From a virus (lineage: Duplodnaviria > Caudoviricetes), in the IMG/VR virus record IMGVR_UViG_3300032030_000005, positions 96,001 through 160,000 of that record: a DNA stretch of 64,000 nt; one strand, 5' to 3'. The translations under genes were made by a program, and so were the position numbers. The notes beneath the pieces are model-generated. The model ran no database searches and was not told the origin of the DNA. It saw only the letters and a program-made list of their open reading frames with translations. This document shows, piece by piece, positions 32,501-42,146 of this stretch; positions within the stretch are counted from its first letter, which is position 1, and each line of letters begins with the position of its first letter.

Positions 32501-35032
32501 TATAAAACTTTCAACATAGCCCATGTAACAGATACTACATTAATATCAGATTTTGAACTTCAAATATTCTCTGAAAATGAATTTGATTATAATCGTGATA
32601 AAGATAAACATTATATAGTTACTAATGAATCAATATCTACAGATCCAACTATATATGTAGTACCATTAATTCAGGAAGTCAATAGTGCTAATGTTATAGA
32701 ATTAAAGAATTTATTCGTTAAAGATAATTTAAATAAAAAGTTAGTACTTAAACTAAGAGATATTTTTGACAATCCTCATATATCCTCTGCTGAAAATTAT
32801 GCTATATATGCAAAGGTTAATTGTAATTTGTATTCGTATGTACTTATATTTAATTTATATAATAGTGAAAACTGTTTATCTTTAAATGATACAAGTGATT
32901 TTAAATTATCTTATGCAGATGTATGTGAACGTTCAATAACTAATAATACCAATTCAACAATTACATTTTCTATATCATTTCATAATAATTCTGCTAATAG
33001 AGATACAGATTTAGAACCAGATAAAGTTTATACAACATCAGATTTAGGATTTACATTAGCATCGGGCCAGTTAAATTCTACAATGTGTGTAGAATACCAT
33101 TCAGCTATGGGTATGCATGAAAATAATTCTGAAATAATAACATTACCACCTTATGCATCATGTACTTTTAAAATTTATGGTGGTTTTGCAGATGGTCCAA
33201 TTAAAACAGTAACTCCTAAACCTATAAAATTTGATGATAGTCAAACAACATATGAACAAACATTATTAGAAGTTATTACAAAATATAAATTTATAAGTGG
33301 TACATTAAATATTAAATTACTTTCAATTAATCATGAAGAAGTAGATAATTTATATAATTATAATAATAATGGTGGATTAACAACTATATCGAAAAAATTT
33401 ATTTATATACCTTATCCAACTGTTTTCATTAGTGATTTATATGATGATAATAATCTTTATGATATTATTCAGTATAAAAAAGTTGCTAATTTAACAGATT
33501 CATTATTATTAATTATTAATGATTTAAGTACAAATATTGAAGGTAACTTTACTGTAAATGGTAATCTTAAAAATGTTGAACTTAATTCTGATGAATTTGA
33601 TAGTTATCTACCATTAAGAACGAACCATATATTCTCAACAACAAGACTTCCATCAGATGATAATAACTTTAGTACTAATCCAAATACTTATAATGATAGT
33701 TATAAAATATTATATTCAGATATAACAGCTCTTAATGATACAATTACTTTAGATAGAGTATTTCCGATTATAATATCATCTAATTTAAATACTATTAATA
33801 AACCTTCTTATACTTTCACTATTCATAAAACAGTTTCATTAACAACTAGAACAATATTTAAGAATATTGAAAACTTAACATATCAGACACATGATTTTAA
33901 TAGTCCATACTATCAAACAATATCAGATCTTACAGATATATCTGTATTTGATAATACTAATAATTTATGTGAAGGTTCTATTCATAGTATTCCAGCATCA
34001 CCAGACTTCTATGGTTATAATTCATTATTGAGTAATGCAAATGAATATATTTCAAGTTATATAGAATCTTATCATATTAATGATGAAGATGGTATATTCT
34101 ATATTTATCCAGTAGAAATTTCAACTCTCCCAACACCAAGCTCTAGTACTTTTGAAGGAAATCCAGATACACATGGTACTGTACCAGTTGTAAACTTTAA
34201 TGGCAATGAATATGTAATTATTGATGATCTTGTTACTGGATTATATGACATGCCATTTGATGGAGAACATTTATTAAGAGATCAAATGTTAAACCCTAAT
34301 GGTGATTTTGATAACTTATCAAAAGTTTATAGCTATATTATTGGAAATGTTAATAATTTATATAAAGATCATACTATTGATGTATTAACAGAAAATATTA
34401 GAACTCTTATAAAATCAATTTATAAGATTAAATCTGATTTAGCTACATTACAACAAAATATAAACTATCAAAATACTGAATTAAGTAAAAAAGCTGATGT
34501 TAAAGAATTTAAAGAATGGATAAATGAAAATGTCTTTGCATTAGCAGAATACGAATATAGTATTCAAGAATTATTCGCAGATATTTATTATTTATCCAAT
34601 AAGGGTCTTAAGCCAAGTGAAATAACTAAAGAAATTGATGGTACTATTGATACAACTTTTACAAAAAATATTTCATTACGAGAATCATTACCGTTAATTA
34701 ATGTATATCGTGAATATGCTGATATTAAATATTATTCTGGTGATAATTCTGATAATACAATTATTTTCTATAAAGATAGAATGAGTGGAAGCACAATTTT
34801 TAATACTAATAAAACTAGTCCATTTATTACAACAACCGAACCAGCTAACACTATTCCAATTGGATATACAAATCTTATGGGATATTATTATAAAAAATAT
34901 TGGATTAATTCTATAAGTGATAATGTACATTCAATATGGTATAAGAAAAACTTTATAGAAACTTCAAAATTATATAATATAACACAACCATTACATGAGG
35001 AAAATAATATTAATTATTATAATCATGCTTAA
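26510..35032 (+). CDS. Giant putative tail fibre/receptor-binding protein with a dockerin-like domain
   Basis: 2840 aa, N/D/I/Y-rich. Internal ALKLADFNEDGKITYEDLNIL and LIGDVDN...DVYILQRYI; C-terminal coiled coil. Confidence 0.55.
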   Translation: MNTVSIQFENIQILSSPLVFDDVSSFVINCDSLDNFKPGDVTSLQYYSSDNIYIYKYIDNSYYILLNREKDNYFYKNLQEYITMGQATNIRGIPIKSFSLSNKNIRVFYTDDNFIDDTEEHTNLSSLKTNIVGDPSTEIFDKSIIFDYVPLNDSILDDNLIYNNKSNDNYIFLYAPLNVNYKNQFDVDDYIYELRINTIPTAFFEVTKTSILVSYTNILTVLQVKINKAEFCRVNDISDLNNFVLTIKNKTITDIKTLSYSYYSYFMKPYISYDPMTETVDDITINCRYDLSIKTIDRTKDITYNMNDPTLYSHSTAHAVNKTALIDNDITITVNDRDICLRALTSTYIDINLINQSGEYVYLLSNNEVNKTNEYYKMSAKENNKSVYILDIDNPNLRINVESIKDVDEKTTFTFSISFLKVESDKLPAINNNTLNRNDIVSVITVNFNLIINGADKYAFSKDELDILQNISSFNTNTLNTTFGNSTLFTIAANDNIVLNDSELNSEELKTYIENGNKDLTYINSYFESFDIICYGVYIDHMILKDNNIGGIFFNRLNSILDNDGVLEDRIKVCNVIERNNVGDLCNDGFNEKALTYRIDDDEKRIVIVPDEMFKLFNFLNSTSYSGSYYINDVTDDIINDDNTTTGKIYNSSLALYPSADFSFVAEDQGLDTFLTSDAYIDYYPIKYRITKKNNSEFVWSLYIGETLRDLQVEKIIHITVKEDENANTQETSETSDTTNYIYDTDSEVTFPTNVIIKILMQTDNGEAISVDAAKYIGTIHNDSNYPVLIKDISIVNFASDDKLFKVNGTTLADDSFMKYSIEGETDFIQCDSLNIGKYLDHSDITTLTGNMFILKPNGKINVNIYNSTDPENLPDNFGKEDSIIDYSSSLNYELYYILKNDDVDNINVPYTFRETGNTNATNMETTLAVFPKIPKNNTDDAFYRYDNTVLNVLNKIIIKRSAIFRLILNKMDIATFSEAVNYKAFADKAIDLLESDNVNKHPLDLDMYCGYPNISFMEMENINYLESGKNFLYTKIFDEIKRTYTKNLSGNDKITKEQQINQAIGIQVIAKTKYNGSDEYNMAIITNYVDLQNNQNNYMPKLNRLNGSLYHILKIENKHEDLYDYRIEVDGKVYNEGDLIYNKYANEKALHKFRLYYKPKYEVIDNMDNFYGIGTAVNVSFTDELGHLQKDVQCYRGNFFLYFNQNGEEVAYTTSNPMFNGRDFYAKSTAILTDDNAFDIDKKTFVEINIQETGSLGSNPDYTMTNVGFSDGLCLKEYIDYLVTHPGVQPSETALKLADFNEDGKITYEDLNILYSVMWEYGCLIGDVDNPNLGVINLSSYGVHDVYILQRYIDEVCNNQKTFEKFISDYNCSQYRKNYKVYKTPTMPNPTLPNMYDVTSLYAAIRYIFMERMIKYNNSVENMSAHIDGDSAFYPVFGRNTLAGKIVLETPLNLKNINLIQNKDNWILADRFEGCIDGTKPIVPNLLIDSDNNKGLLHKYSTLTRDQLKSILNSKNILSEISYYGNTNIIEYISDDLKYEVKGNSGISTLKVPRIEENNNKNEYIVTASSTVEGIFQIVNNTTEKLNIEINQRRRNNTDLNEPYTIRVNETQVDKLIVDNYQPIYVLQPESTLEVYVQFKDNSIIGSDYFTFLDVRVQNNYHKKYIDNNIKWDSYLIKLRNIQNYDINFNIVKDLLPYKFYEEYDNEENKHHISEYYNLDTTNFFNTVDINNFNKKSLYSTYMYLDKFLIFNSDTVKDNNDYQLLIPEKILDRKLYIGDHTLTIVTTKFNGLINYQTYYITLIDQNVYDKNNKINYFNDRSEYYNRYFINNDRKSIIPRNPELNDYNDRQYEDELFLDSNGNVSMVTKDYSTSKDNYYLYKFTEIIQHYMNFSDYIVDSEQYLFEKNYQEVLHYYNITKNQYIDFLTNVNNKLNKSTGEIYNLIDNIQEIYFKSFDAELEDINEYLNNGEQTPSSPSTPSNNFKRRLFNDDGILFEYKTFNIAHVTDTTLISDFELQIFSENEFDYNRDKDKHYIVTNESISTDPTIYVVPLIQEVNSANVIELKNLFVKDNLNKKLVLKLRDIFDNPHISSAENYAIYAKVNCNLYSYVLIFNLYNSENCLSLNDTSDFKLSYADVCERSITNNTNSTITFSISFHNNSANRDTDLEPDKVYTTSDLGFTLASGQLNSTMCVEYHSAMGMHENNSEIITLPPYASCTFKIYGGFADGPIKTVTPKPIKFDDSQTTYEQTLLEVITKYKFISGTLNIKLLSINHEEVDNLYNYNNNGGLTTISKKFIYIPYPTVFISDLYDDNNLYDIIQYKKVANLTDSLLLIINDLSTNIEGNFTVNGNLKNVELNSDEFDSYLPLRTNHIFSTTRLPSDDNNFSTNPNTYNDSYKILYSDITALNDTITLDRVFPIIISSNLNTINKPSYTFTIHKTVSLTTRTIFKNIENLTYQTHDFNSPYYQTISDLTDISVFDNTNNLCEGSIHSIPASPDFYGYNSLLSNANEYISSYIESYHINDEDGIFYIYPVEISTLPTPSSSTFEGNPDTHGTVPVVNFNGNEYVIIDDLVTGLYDMPFDGEHLLRDQMLNPNGDFDNLSKVYSYIIGNVNNLYKDHTIDVLTENIRTLIKSIYKIKSDLATLQQNINYQNTELSKKADVKEFKEWINENVFALAEYEYSIQELFADIYYLSNKGLKPSEITKEIDGTIDTTFTKNISLRESLPLINVYREYADIKYYSGDNSDNTIIFYKDRMSGSTIFNTNKTSPFITTTEPANTIPIGYTNLMGYYYKKYWINSISDNVHSIWYKKNFIETSKLYNITQPLHEENNINYYNHA

Positions 35033-35036
35033 AAAT

Positions 35037-35069
35037 AAAGCTTGAACTCTAAATAGGGTTCAAGCTTTA
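35037..35069 (+). terminator. Hairpin terminator
   Basis: TAAAGCTTGAACTCT...AGGGTTCAAGCTTTA followed by a T tract. Confidence 0.7.
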
Positions 35070-35088
35070 GATTTTTTTTTATAAGGAG

Positions 35089-37206
35089 ATGATTTTTATG
35101 TCATTTAGATTAATATCTGTTCCTTTAAATAAACGAACTGAACAAATTGCAAGAAATAATGAATTAATTACTGATACTGTTCATGGTAATGTAGGTATTA
35201 ATATTATTGATGAAAATAATAAATCTGTATATAATTCTGGAACTGAAAAAATTAAAACAGATATAGATTCATTAAAATTAAGAAATGATATGATGATTAA
35301 AAATCTTTCAAAGATTAATTATGGTTCTGAAAATAATGTAGAAGATAAAGATTTTAATATAACTAAAGCTTTAGAAGATAAAGATATATTAGGTAGCCTT
35401 CAATATATAATAAATCAATATTCACCATATGTAAAAGGATTTAATAGTAAGAATAATGTAGTTTTAAATGAAAGAGCTTTTTCATATAAGAATGATTTAA
35501 AGAAAATAATTAATAAGCTTTATGAACCAAATCCAACTAGTTATGAACATCAATTTAAAGATATTATAAAAAATTACACTAACGATATTGATGATAGTAC
35601 TAATTCTAATAATTTTGGAGACAATTTAAAATTACAGAAAATAATAAATGAAGATATTCCTTTATTATATGATTTAGAATCTAAAATCGTTAATATGGAA
35701 AAAACTATATATTCTATAAATAGAGATCTTAATGATAATATTCCAAATATATTAAAAGACTTAGATTCAGATTTAAAATTATTAAAGTATAGAACTAAAT
35801 CTAAGAAATTTAAATCCTTTAAATTTATGGACGAAAATACTAATCCAATTAAATACTATCAAACTGAAAATACAACTGTTGGATATGAAATGCCTGAAGA
35901 ATTAAAGAACTTTGAAAATCTTTCTAACACTTTTGAAGATAACTTTATAACATCTATTCTTGATGATAATTATGATGGAGATATTAATTTACATAAGATA
36001 GATAGTAAATATAATAATCCAACTTTATATAATAGAACTGATATGACTAGAAGTTATAATTTAGATAAACAAAAGTATTTTTATATACCAGATGTTAATA
36101 CACGTTATAGTTTAGTATATGATCCTATTTTAAAAAGACCTATATATAGAACTAAAACGATTGATGATATATATACAACGCCACAAAGCAATCAAAACTA
36201 TAATTCTGATACAGCCATGAATATAAGTTTTTATAATAATGAAAACAATTATATCTTACAAAATATAATGACTAATGATACAGATTTAGTTACATTTGAA
36301 TGTAAAAATATGAAAGATTTAACAAAAATATTTAGATTTCAACCAGATATATCTCATACTATTGGTGTTAATAAATTTGATATCGCTGGATATTATTTTC
36401 CAACAGTATATCATTATTCTGGATTTAATAATTTAGATGTATCAACAGCATTTAATTTTGACTTTAATTCTTATAATTTTGATTATTTTATCGCACCATC
36501 AATAATGACAAATAATATATTATCAGATACTACAAAAATTAATATATTAATTAGAGATACATTAATTGTATATAATGATTCAAGTTCAGATGATGATTTT
36601 GAAATTAATCAAGTATTCTATACAAATAAAAATAATAATCGTTTATCTTTAAATAATAGACGTATTTTAGCTCATAATTATTATTCTGGTGTAAATGTTA
36701 CATCTACTGAATGCACAGGTCTATCGATAGATGATGTTAAAAATGATTTTAATACATATATATCATCATTATCTAATACATTAGATACATTAATAGATGA
36801 TATTGATAATGATGAATATTGTTATCCAAAAATATCTGATACTGATATATTGATAGATGATACTAGTAATTATACGATTATGGGTACAATTGATTATTTA
36901 AGTAATAATTTATCATTATTAGGTATTAGTTATAACTTTGATGATAATATTGATTATGAAAGATTTAATACATCCAGAATATCACAGAATAAAATTGAAC
37001 TTACATATGATGATGTAACTACTAATCCAAGTACAACACATACATTAATATATACATTTACTGATGGGTTTGATGCATCTACTAATTTTACAATTAAAGA
37101 TGCTTTTGTAGATATTATTAATGCATATAATGTAACATCAATACCAATAGATAAATCAACATTAATACTTAATATAAACCATAATTTAAGCACTATAACA
37201 TTTTAA
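35089..37206 (+). CDS. Hypothetical (putative structural) protein
   Basis: 705-aa ORF with AAGGAG SD in the structural cluster. Confidence 0.55.
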   Translation: MIFMSFRLISVPLNKRTEQIARNNELITDTVHGNVGINIIDENNKSVYNSGTEKIKTDIDSLKLRNDMMIKNLSKINYGSENNVEDKDFNITKALEDKDILGSLQYIINQYSPYVKGFNSKNNVVLNERAFSYKNDLKKIINKLYEPNPTSYEHQFKDIIKNYTNDIDDSTNSNNFGDNLKLQKIINEDIPLLYDLESKIVNMEKTIYSINRDLNDNIPNILKDLDSDLKLLKYRTKSKKFKSFKFMDENTNPIKYYQTENTTVGYEMPEELKNFENLSNTFEDNFITSILDDNYDGDINLHKIDSKYNNPTLYNRTDMTRSYNLDKQKYFYIPDVNTRYSLVYDPILKRPIYRTKTIDDIYTTPQSNQNYNSDTAMNISFYNNENNYILQNIMTNDTDLVTFECKNMKDLTKIFRFQPDISHTIGVNKFDIAGYYFPTVYHYSGFNNLDVSTAFNFDFNSYNFDYFIAPSIMTNNILSDTTKINILIRDTLIVYNDSSSDDDFEINQVFYTNKNNNRLSLNNRRILAHNYYSGVNVTSTECTGLSIDDVKNDFNTYISSLSNTLDTLIDDIDNDEYCYPKISDTDILIDDTSNYTIMGTIDYLSNNLSLLGISYNFDDNIDYERFNTSRISQNKIELTYDDVTTNPSTTHTLIYTFTDGFDASTNFTIKDAFVDIINAYNVTSIPIDKSTLILNINHNLSTITF

Positions 37207-37226
37207 TTGAAAGGAGATAATATAAT

Positions 37227-38147
37227 ATGCCTAGATATAGTTATAAACCACTCGTTGGTTATTTTCCGGGTAAAACTCCTGAAGAAACTGAAGCTAGTAA
37301 ATATGACTTTATACAAGCATATAAGGATTCTTTAACTTCTGGTGAATTATTAGTAGACTTATATAATTATGAAATATACGTAGCTAATAATGGATTAGAA
37401 TATCCAGTACCATCCACTCCAGAATTAAAGAAAGAGATTATAGAATGGATAGAAAGTGATAATGGACCACTTGGAGCATTACAAAAGAATGAATTATTAA
37501 ATGAACAGACGGATGATCCTAGTGATAGCACATTAAAAAGAAAAAAGATCAAGTTACAATTAATGATTAATCAAGTTGAAGCTTATAATAAAGCTTGTAA
37601 GGAAGCTATTGATGCTGATTTAAATAAAGTAGAACGTGTTAATAGAGAAATATCAAACTGGTATGAAAATTTAGCATCATTTACTAAAAAATTAGTATAT
37701 TCTAAAAATATGAGTGGTAATGAAGTAGAAAAAGTAGCTTATATGGTAACTGCTAAATATATAGATTTATACAGACGAATGTTAAATATTTTTAATTTTA
37801 TAAAAAGTATGGGTGTTACTACAGAAATAGATCCAGAAGATATTATTGAAAATTATGATAAAACAATTAAAGATATTTTCCATGAATTAGTAAATAATCA
37901 AATATCTATTGAAAGTAAATTGGATATTACTGAGATTAAAGATAAAGATGGCTATAAAGTACCTGATTATCAATTTAATGTAAGATTTAAAGCTCCATAT
38001 ACTACTGCCGAAAATGAATTAGCTAATAAGCTTACTACATTAAAACGTCTTAACGATGATTCTTATACTAATAACAGATTTGAAAATAGTATATCCTCTA
38101 ATAATGATATTATTACTATGAGAATAAAACAGAAGGAGGCGAATTAA
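37227..38147 (+). CDS. Hypothetical coiled-coil (putative tail-associated) protein
   Basis: 306 aa, AAGGAG SD, N-terminal LTSGELLVD motif followed by coiled coil. Confidence 0.55.
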   Translation: MPRYSYKPLVGYFPGKTPEETEASKYDFIQAYKDSLTSGELLVDLYNYEIYVANNGLEYPVPSTPELKKEIIEWIESDNGPLGALQKNELLNEQTDDPSDSTLKRKKIKLQLMINQVEAYNKACKEAIDADLNKVERVNREISNWYENLASFTKKLVYSKNMSGNEVEKVAYMVTAKYIDLYRRMLNIFNFIKSMGVTTEIDPEDIIENYDKTIKDIFHELVNNQISIESKLDITEIKDKDGYKVPDYQFNVRFKAPYTTAENELANKLTTLKRLNDDSYTNNRFENSISSNNDIITMRIKQKEAN

Positions 38148-38149
38148 TA

Positions 38150-39868
38150 ATGGATAATAAAATAAGACAGGTATTATCTAATTCTACTAGAAAATCAATA
38201 ATCGGTCCAAAAATTATATCAAGATCTATTGATTATGAATATGAGCCTTCTAATAAAAATGATCCTAAATTCATAATGATTATTGAAAATAAAATGAATT
38301 TTAATTATAAAGTGGATTATGAAGATACAAATCCTAATTCAATATACAATGTTTTTAATGCTTTTAATTATTATCATTCATTAAAGATTAAAGATATTGT
38401 TGATAACAGCAAAAATGTTAGTGATATAAAAACTAATAACTTTAATTTTGCATATCATTATTTTATAGATAAAAAAGGTAATATTTATGAGGGAAGACCT
38501 TTTGAATTAAAAGCTTTTAATTTAGATTTATATGAATATAATGTAGATTGGTTTAACGATCCAGCTAATAAATCATATGATACTATTGTTATAGATGGAG
38601 TTGAAGAACAAAAAAGACATCTTCCATTATTAAATCAAAATGATCTTTTATTCAACGATTGTATTATTATTGAGTGTGAAGAAGCTACACACTCAATAGA
38701 TACTACAAATGCTACGTATTCAGCATTAAAATCTCTTATAGTATATTTAAAGCAAACTTATAGTTTTAAGAAATTCTATGGATATAATGAATTAATGCAA
38801 ATACCTTTTATACAGACAGATACATCTGTAGAAGATATCTATTATTATAATAATCCGGGACTATTCTTTAAGATTAATGAATTACATTCATCAATTGATA
38901 ATACTTCTATTAAGGGTGCTAGATTAAATACAGATAATGATATTATAATTTATAGCTATGGAAAAAGAAAATTACAATATTACAATATAAATCCAATGTC
39001 TGGTAATGATGTAATAATGCTTCAAAAGATGTTATACAAATTAAAATTAATAAAGAAATATTCATATATAACTGGTATATATGATAAATTTACTGAAGAA
39101 GCTGTAAAAGCTTTTCAGACAAAATATTACATTAAACCCGAAAGTAAATATGGTATTGCTGACATAAATACTTTAAATACCTTAAGAAGTCTTATATATA
39201 ATGAAAAAATGGATAATAGTAAGCTTATTGATGATAAATATAAGCCTAATAGAGTCTTAGAATATAATGAAATAAATCCTATGACTGGTTTTGATATACA
39301 ATTAATACAGAATAAATTAAAGCAAATAATTTATCCTATATTAGAACCTAATGGTATATTTGATGGATACACTAAAGATGCAGTTTCTATGTTCCAAAGC
39401 AAATATGCAATATTTACTGATAGTAATATGATAGATGGTAAAATAGGCCCAGCTACTTGGAGAGCTATTTTAGAATGTAAAGATGTCTTATATATTAACG
39501 ATGGATCAGATTATGATGACATGTATGTTTTATATTCTATAACACCTACGCATTGTGCTGTAAGCAAAACTAATATGATTTATTTACAGAAAGCTCTTAA
39601 TGCTATGCTTAAAAAATATAAGGTTGAAATTCCATTAACTGGCGGATATGATGAGTTAACACAGAAATATATACGTATTATTAATGAAAATGAAAATAAT
39701 AGAAAAATTATTGGTCTTGATAAATATATAAATAGAACTAATAATGAGCCTTTAGATTGGAATGACGATTATACTCTTAAGACCTGTTATCCAGCTGAAT
39801 TTATTTGGTTAATAAAACATTATCTTTTAAATGAAGAAATAGAATTAGAATTAGTTCGTCAGAATTAA
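38150..39868 (+). CDS. Amidase_2-like domain (probably non-catalytic) plus three peptidoglycan-binding repeats
   Basis: AYHYFIDKKGNIYEGRP; PG_binding_1-like repeats G.DV.MLQ..L...TGIYD..TEEAVKAFQ...GIA...T. Confidence 0.75.
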   Translation: MDNKIRQVLSNSTRKSIIGPKIISRSIDYEYEPSNKNDPKFIMIIENKMNFNYKVDYEDTNPNSIYNVFNAFNYYHSLKIKDIVDNSKNVSDIKTNNFNFAYHYFIDKKGNIYEGRPFELKAFNLDLYEYNVDWFNDPANKSYDTIVIDGVEEQKRHLPLLNQNDLLFNDCIIIECEEATHSIDTTNATYSALKSLIVYLKQTYSFKKFYGYNELMQIPFIQTDTSVEDIYYYNNPGLFFKINELHSSIDNTSIKGARLNTDNDIIIYSYGKRKLQYYNINPMSGNDVIMLQKMLYKLKLIKKYSYITGIYDKFTEEAVKAFQTKYYIKPESKYGIADINTLNTLRSLIYNEKMDNSKLIDDKYKPNRVLEYNEINPMTGFDIQLIQNKLKQIIYPILEPNGIFDGYTKDAVSMFQSKYAIFTDSNMIDGKIGPATWRAILECKDVLYINDGSDYDDMYVLYSITPTHCAVSKTNMIYLQKALNAMLKKYKVEIPLTGGYDELTQKYIRIINENENNRKIIGLDKYINRTNNEPLDWNDDYTLKTCYPAEFIWLIKHYLLNEEIELELVRQN

Positions 39869-39892
39869 AATTTTAATTTTTAATTGAAAATA

Positions 39893-39900
39893 TATATTAT
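39893..39900 (+). promoter_or_regulatory. Putative early promoter TATATTAT
   Basis: TATATATTATA 33 bp upstream of the RNAP beta'-like gene. Confidence 0.65.
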
Positions 39901-39932
39901 ATACTTGCATAAAATATAAAGGAGGATAACTT

Positions 39933-41357
39933 ATGCACTTTAATATCTTAAACTTTGATACTATTTTTAATCCCGATTATGTAATTAGTTCTACTGATTA
40001 TATAACAAACATTGGAAAGACTAAAGAAGTCTTTAACGATGATGGATTATTCTCCGAACGAATATTCGGAGAAAATTCAGATGATACACCAATTGATAGA
40101 GTTGGTTGGATTGTATTTGAAAAATTTAAGATAATTAGTCCTCTATTTTATGAGAGAATGAAAAAGGTGTTCACTAACAAACGTTTAAATGCAATGTTAA
40201 CGTTTGAAATCAAAACAGACAAGAATGGTAATTTGATAAGTGATGAAGATTCTTTGTTTGTTAAACCAGACAAGAATGGTGAATATCCAGATACGTTTGA
40301 TCCTCAGAATATTGGACTTCCGGGATTCATTAAACATTTCGAAGAAATACTAGATCTCTATGGTAATAAAGATGTACCAGAGTATGCAGTAGTAAAAAAT
40401 GCTTATGATAATGGATTACTCTTTATTGACAAAATGCCGGTCATATCCTCTAAACTCAGACCGGGTAAAATTATTAAAGGCTCTAAAAATAAAAATAAGA
40501 ACAATCAGAGAGCCACAAAAACAATTGTAAAGTATGATGATATTAACGGTCATTATAACTTCATATTACAGTATAGTAATACAATAAAAGAATTATTAGA
40601 AATGCATTCATTTACATCTATAGATGATTTAAATGATCAGTTTGAAGAAGACAAATTAAATGCAAATGATACTGTATATGGAATTTATAAAATATTATAT
40701 TCTTTACAAGAAGAAGCATATCAAATTATAGTATATATTATCAACAACTTTTTAAAAGATAAAAAGGGTGTACTGAGAAAATTAATAGCTTCTACACGAG
40801 TAAACTATTCAGCCAGAAATGTATTAACTCCTAGACTTAAGGGTAAAATTGACGAAGTTGAATTACCTTATTTAACATTCTTAGAGTTATATAGATTTCC
40901 ATTAACAAATCTTATAGTAAAGGCTGAAGGTATAACATATAATGAAGCTGATGAATACATTCAGAATTGTAAAAGAAGATTTGACAATAAATTATTTAAA
41001 TATATGAGAGAACTTATTGTCAATAGCAAGAAAGTAGAAAATCCTATCTCAATACTTCTTAATCGAAACCCATCCATAGCTATTGGGTCTATTCTTGAAT
41101 TAGAAGTAGCGAGAGTTAAAGATAATTTCAATGACTTAACTATATCTGTAAGTAACAATATTCTTACTAACCTTAATGCCGATTATGACGGTGATGTATT
41201 GAATATATTCGCTCTTTTAACTAAGGAAGAGAAAGAATACTTCAAGAGACTTAAGCCTTCTAATCTTATTATAGATAAGAATAATGGAAAATTTGATAGA
41301 GGATTTAGTATAGGTCATGATGGTCGTATTGGACTTGAAATATTGACTAAGATTTAA
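39933..41357 (+). CDS. Phage RNAP beta'-like subunit, N-terminal/catalytic part (probably non-virion RNAP)
   Basis: GLFSERIFG, KKGVLR...RVNYSARNVL, LLNRNPS and the catalytic NADYDGD. The early promoter suggests the non-virion enzyme. Confidence 0.9.
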   Translation: MHFNILNFDTIFNPDYVISSTDYITNIGKTKEVFNDDGLFSERIFGENSDDTPIDRVGWIVFEKFKIISPLFYERMKKVFTNKRLNAMLTFEIKTDKNGNLISDEDSLFVKPDKNGEYPDTFDPQNIGLPGFIKHFEEILDLYGNKDVPEYAVVKNAYDNGLLFIDKMPVISSKLRPGKIIKGSKNKNKNNQRATKTIVKYDDINGHYNFILQYSNTIKELLEMHSFTSIDDLNDQFEEDKLNANDTVYGIYKILYSLQEEAYQIIVYIINNFLKDKKGVLRKLIASTRVNYSARNVLTPRLKGKIDEVELPYLTFLELYRFPLTNLIVKAEGITYNEADEYIQNCKRRFDNKLFKYMRELIVNSKKVENPISILLNRNPSIAIGSILELEVARVKDNFNDLTISVSNNILTNLNADYDGDVLNIFALLTKEEKEYFKRLKPSNLIIDKNNGKFDRGFSIGHDGRIGLEILTKI

Positions 41358-41363
41358 ATATAA

Positions 41364-41398
41364 TAAAGCTTAAAGACATTATAGTCTTTAAGCTTTAT
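41364..41398 (+). terminator. Hairpin terminator
   Basis: TAAAGCTTAAAGAC...GTCTTTAAGCTTTA plus T tract. Confidence 0.75.
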
Positions 41399-41427
41399 TT
41401 TTTAATTTTTATTCTAATATTTAATTA

Positions 41428-41435
41428 TATATTAT
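41428..41435 (+). promoter_or_regulatory. Putative early promoter TATATTAT
   Basis: Upstream of the 41506-44868 operon. Confidence 0.6.
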
Positions 41436-41505
41436 ATAAATGTGTATATAGAAATATATACTAAGATAAATAATAAAATTTAAAAATGAAAAGGAGTTGA
41501 ATTAA

Positions 41506-42144
41506 ATGCCACGAAGAAACAAAAGAAAGAAGTTGAAGCCCATAAATCTCAATAATATTCCTTTAAGAGAATTAAATAAGATTATTGATGATGATGTTGT
41601 TATTAAACGAGAAATCAGCAATATCAAATCTAATATTGAAAAGGAAAATGAGGAGATATACCAGCTTCGAAAGGAGAAGGTAACTGTTCTCGAAACTTTA
41701 GTTGATAAGATGTTATTGGATAAGGAAATGACTACCCTAATTAGTCAGTATATTGAATTATCAGATAATATTAGAACTAGAGAACTAAAGAACAGTAATC
41801 GTCGTGCTGATCTTAATTTCAAGAAAGAAAAGATTGGTTACGATGATGAAAAGGATGAAATTATTCATCCAGAGAAAAACTTTTTGACTGCTGATGACAG
41901 TTCAGAACATTACATAGGACTATACAATAAAATATGTCATAGTCCTGTAGCTAAATGTCTAAAGAAGAATGTATATCTTTCTGATTTAGATATTAGATGT
42001 AAGAAATGTCTGAAGCAGAGAAACCATCAGATGTGTAAACATCTGGCATTCTTAAAAGATGATGGTTTAATTTCAAATAGTCATTCATCTTATGAGAATG
42101 AAGAAGATTATGAAGAAAATGATGAAAATTACGAGGAGGACTAA
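41506..42144 (+). CDS. Hypothetical protein, coiled coil plus Cys/His cluster
   Basis: C-terminal C..K..YL...D...KKCL......CKH, possibly metal binding; AAGGAG SD. Confidence 0.65.
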   Translation: MPRRNKRKKLKPINLNNIPLRELNKIIDDDVVIKREISNIKSNIEKENEEIYQLRKEKVTVLETLVDKMLLDKEMTTLISQYIELSDNIRTRELKNSNRRADLNFKKEKIGYDDEKDEIIHPEKNFLTADDSSEHYIGLYNKICHSPVAKCLKKNVYLSDLDIRCKKCLKQRNHQMCKHLAFLKDDGLISNSHSSYENEEDYEENDENYEED

Positions 42145-42146
42145 GT

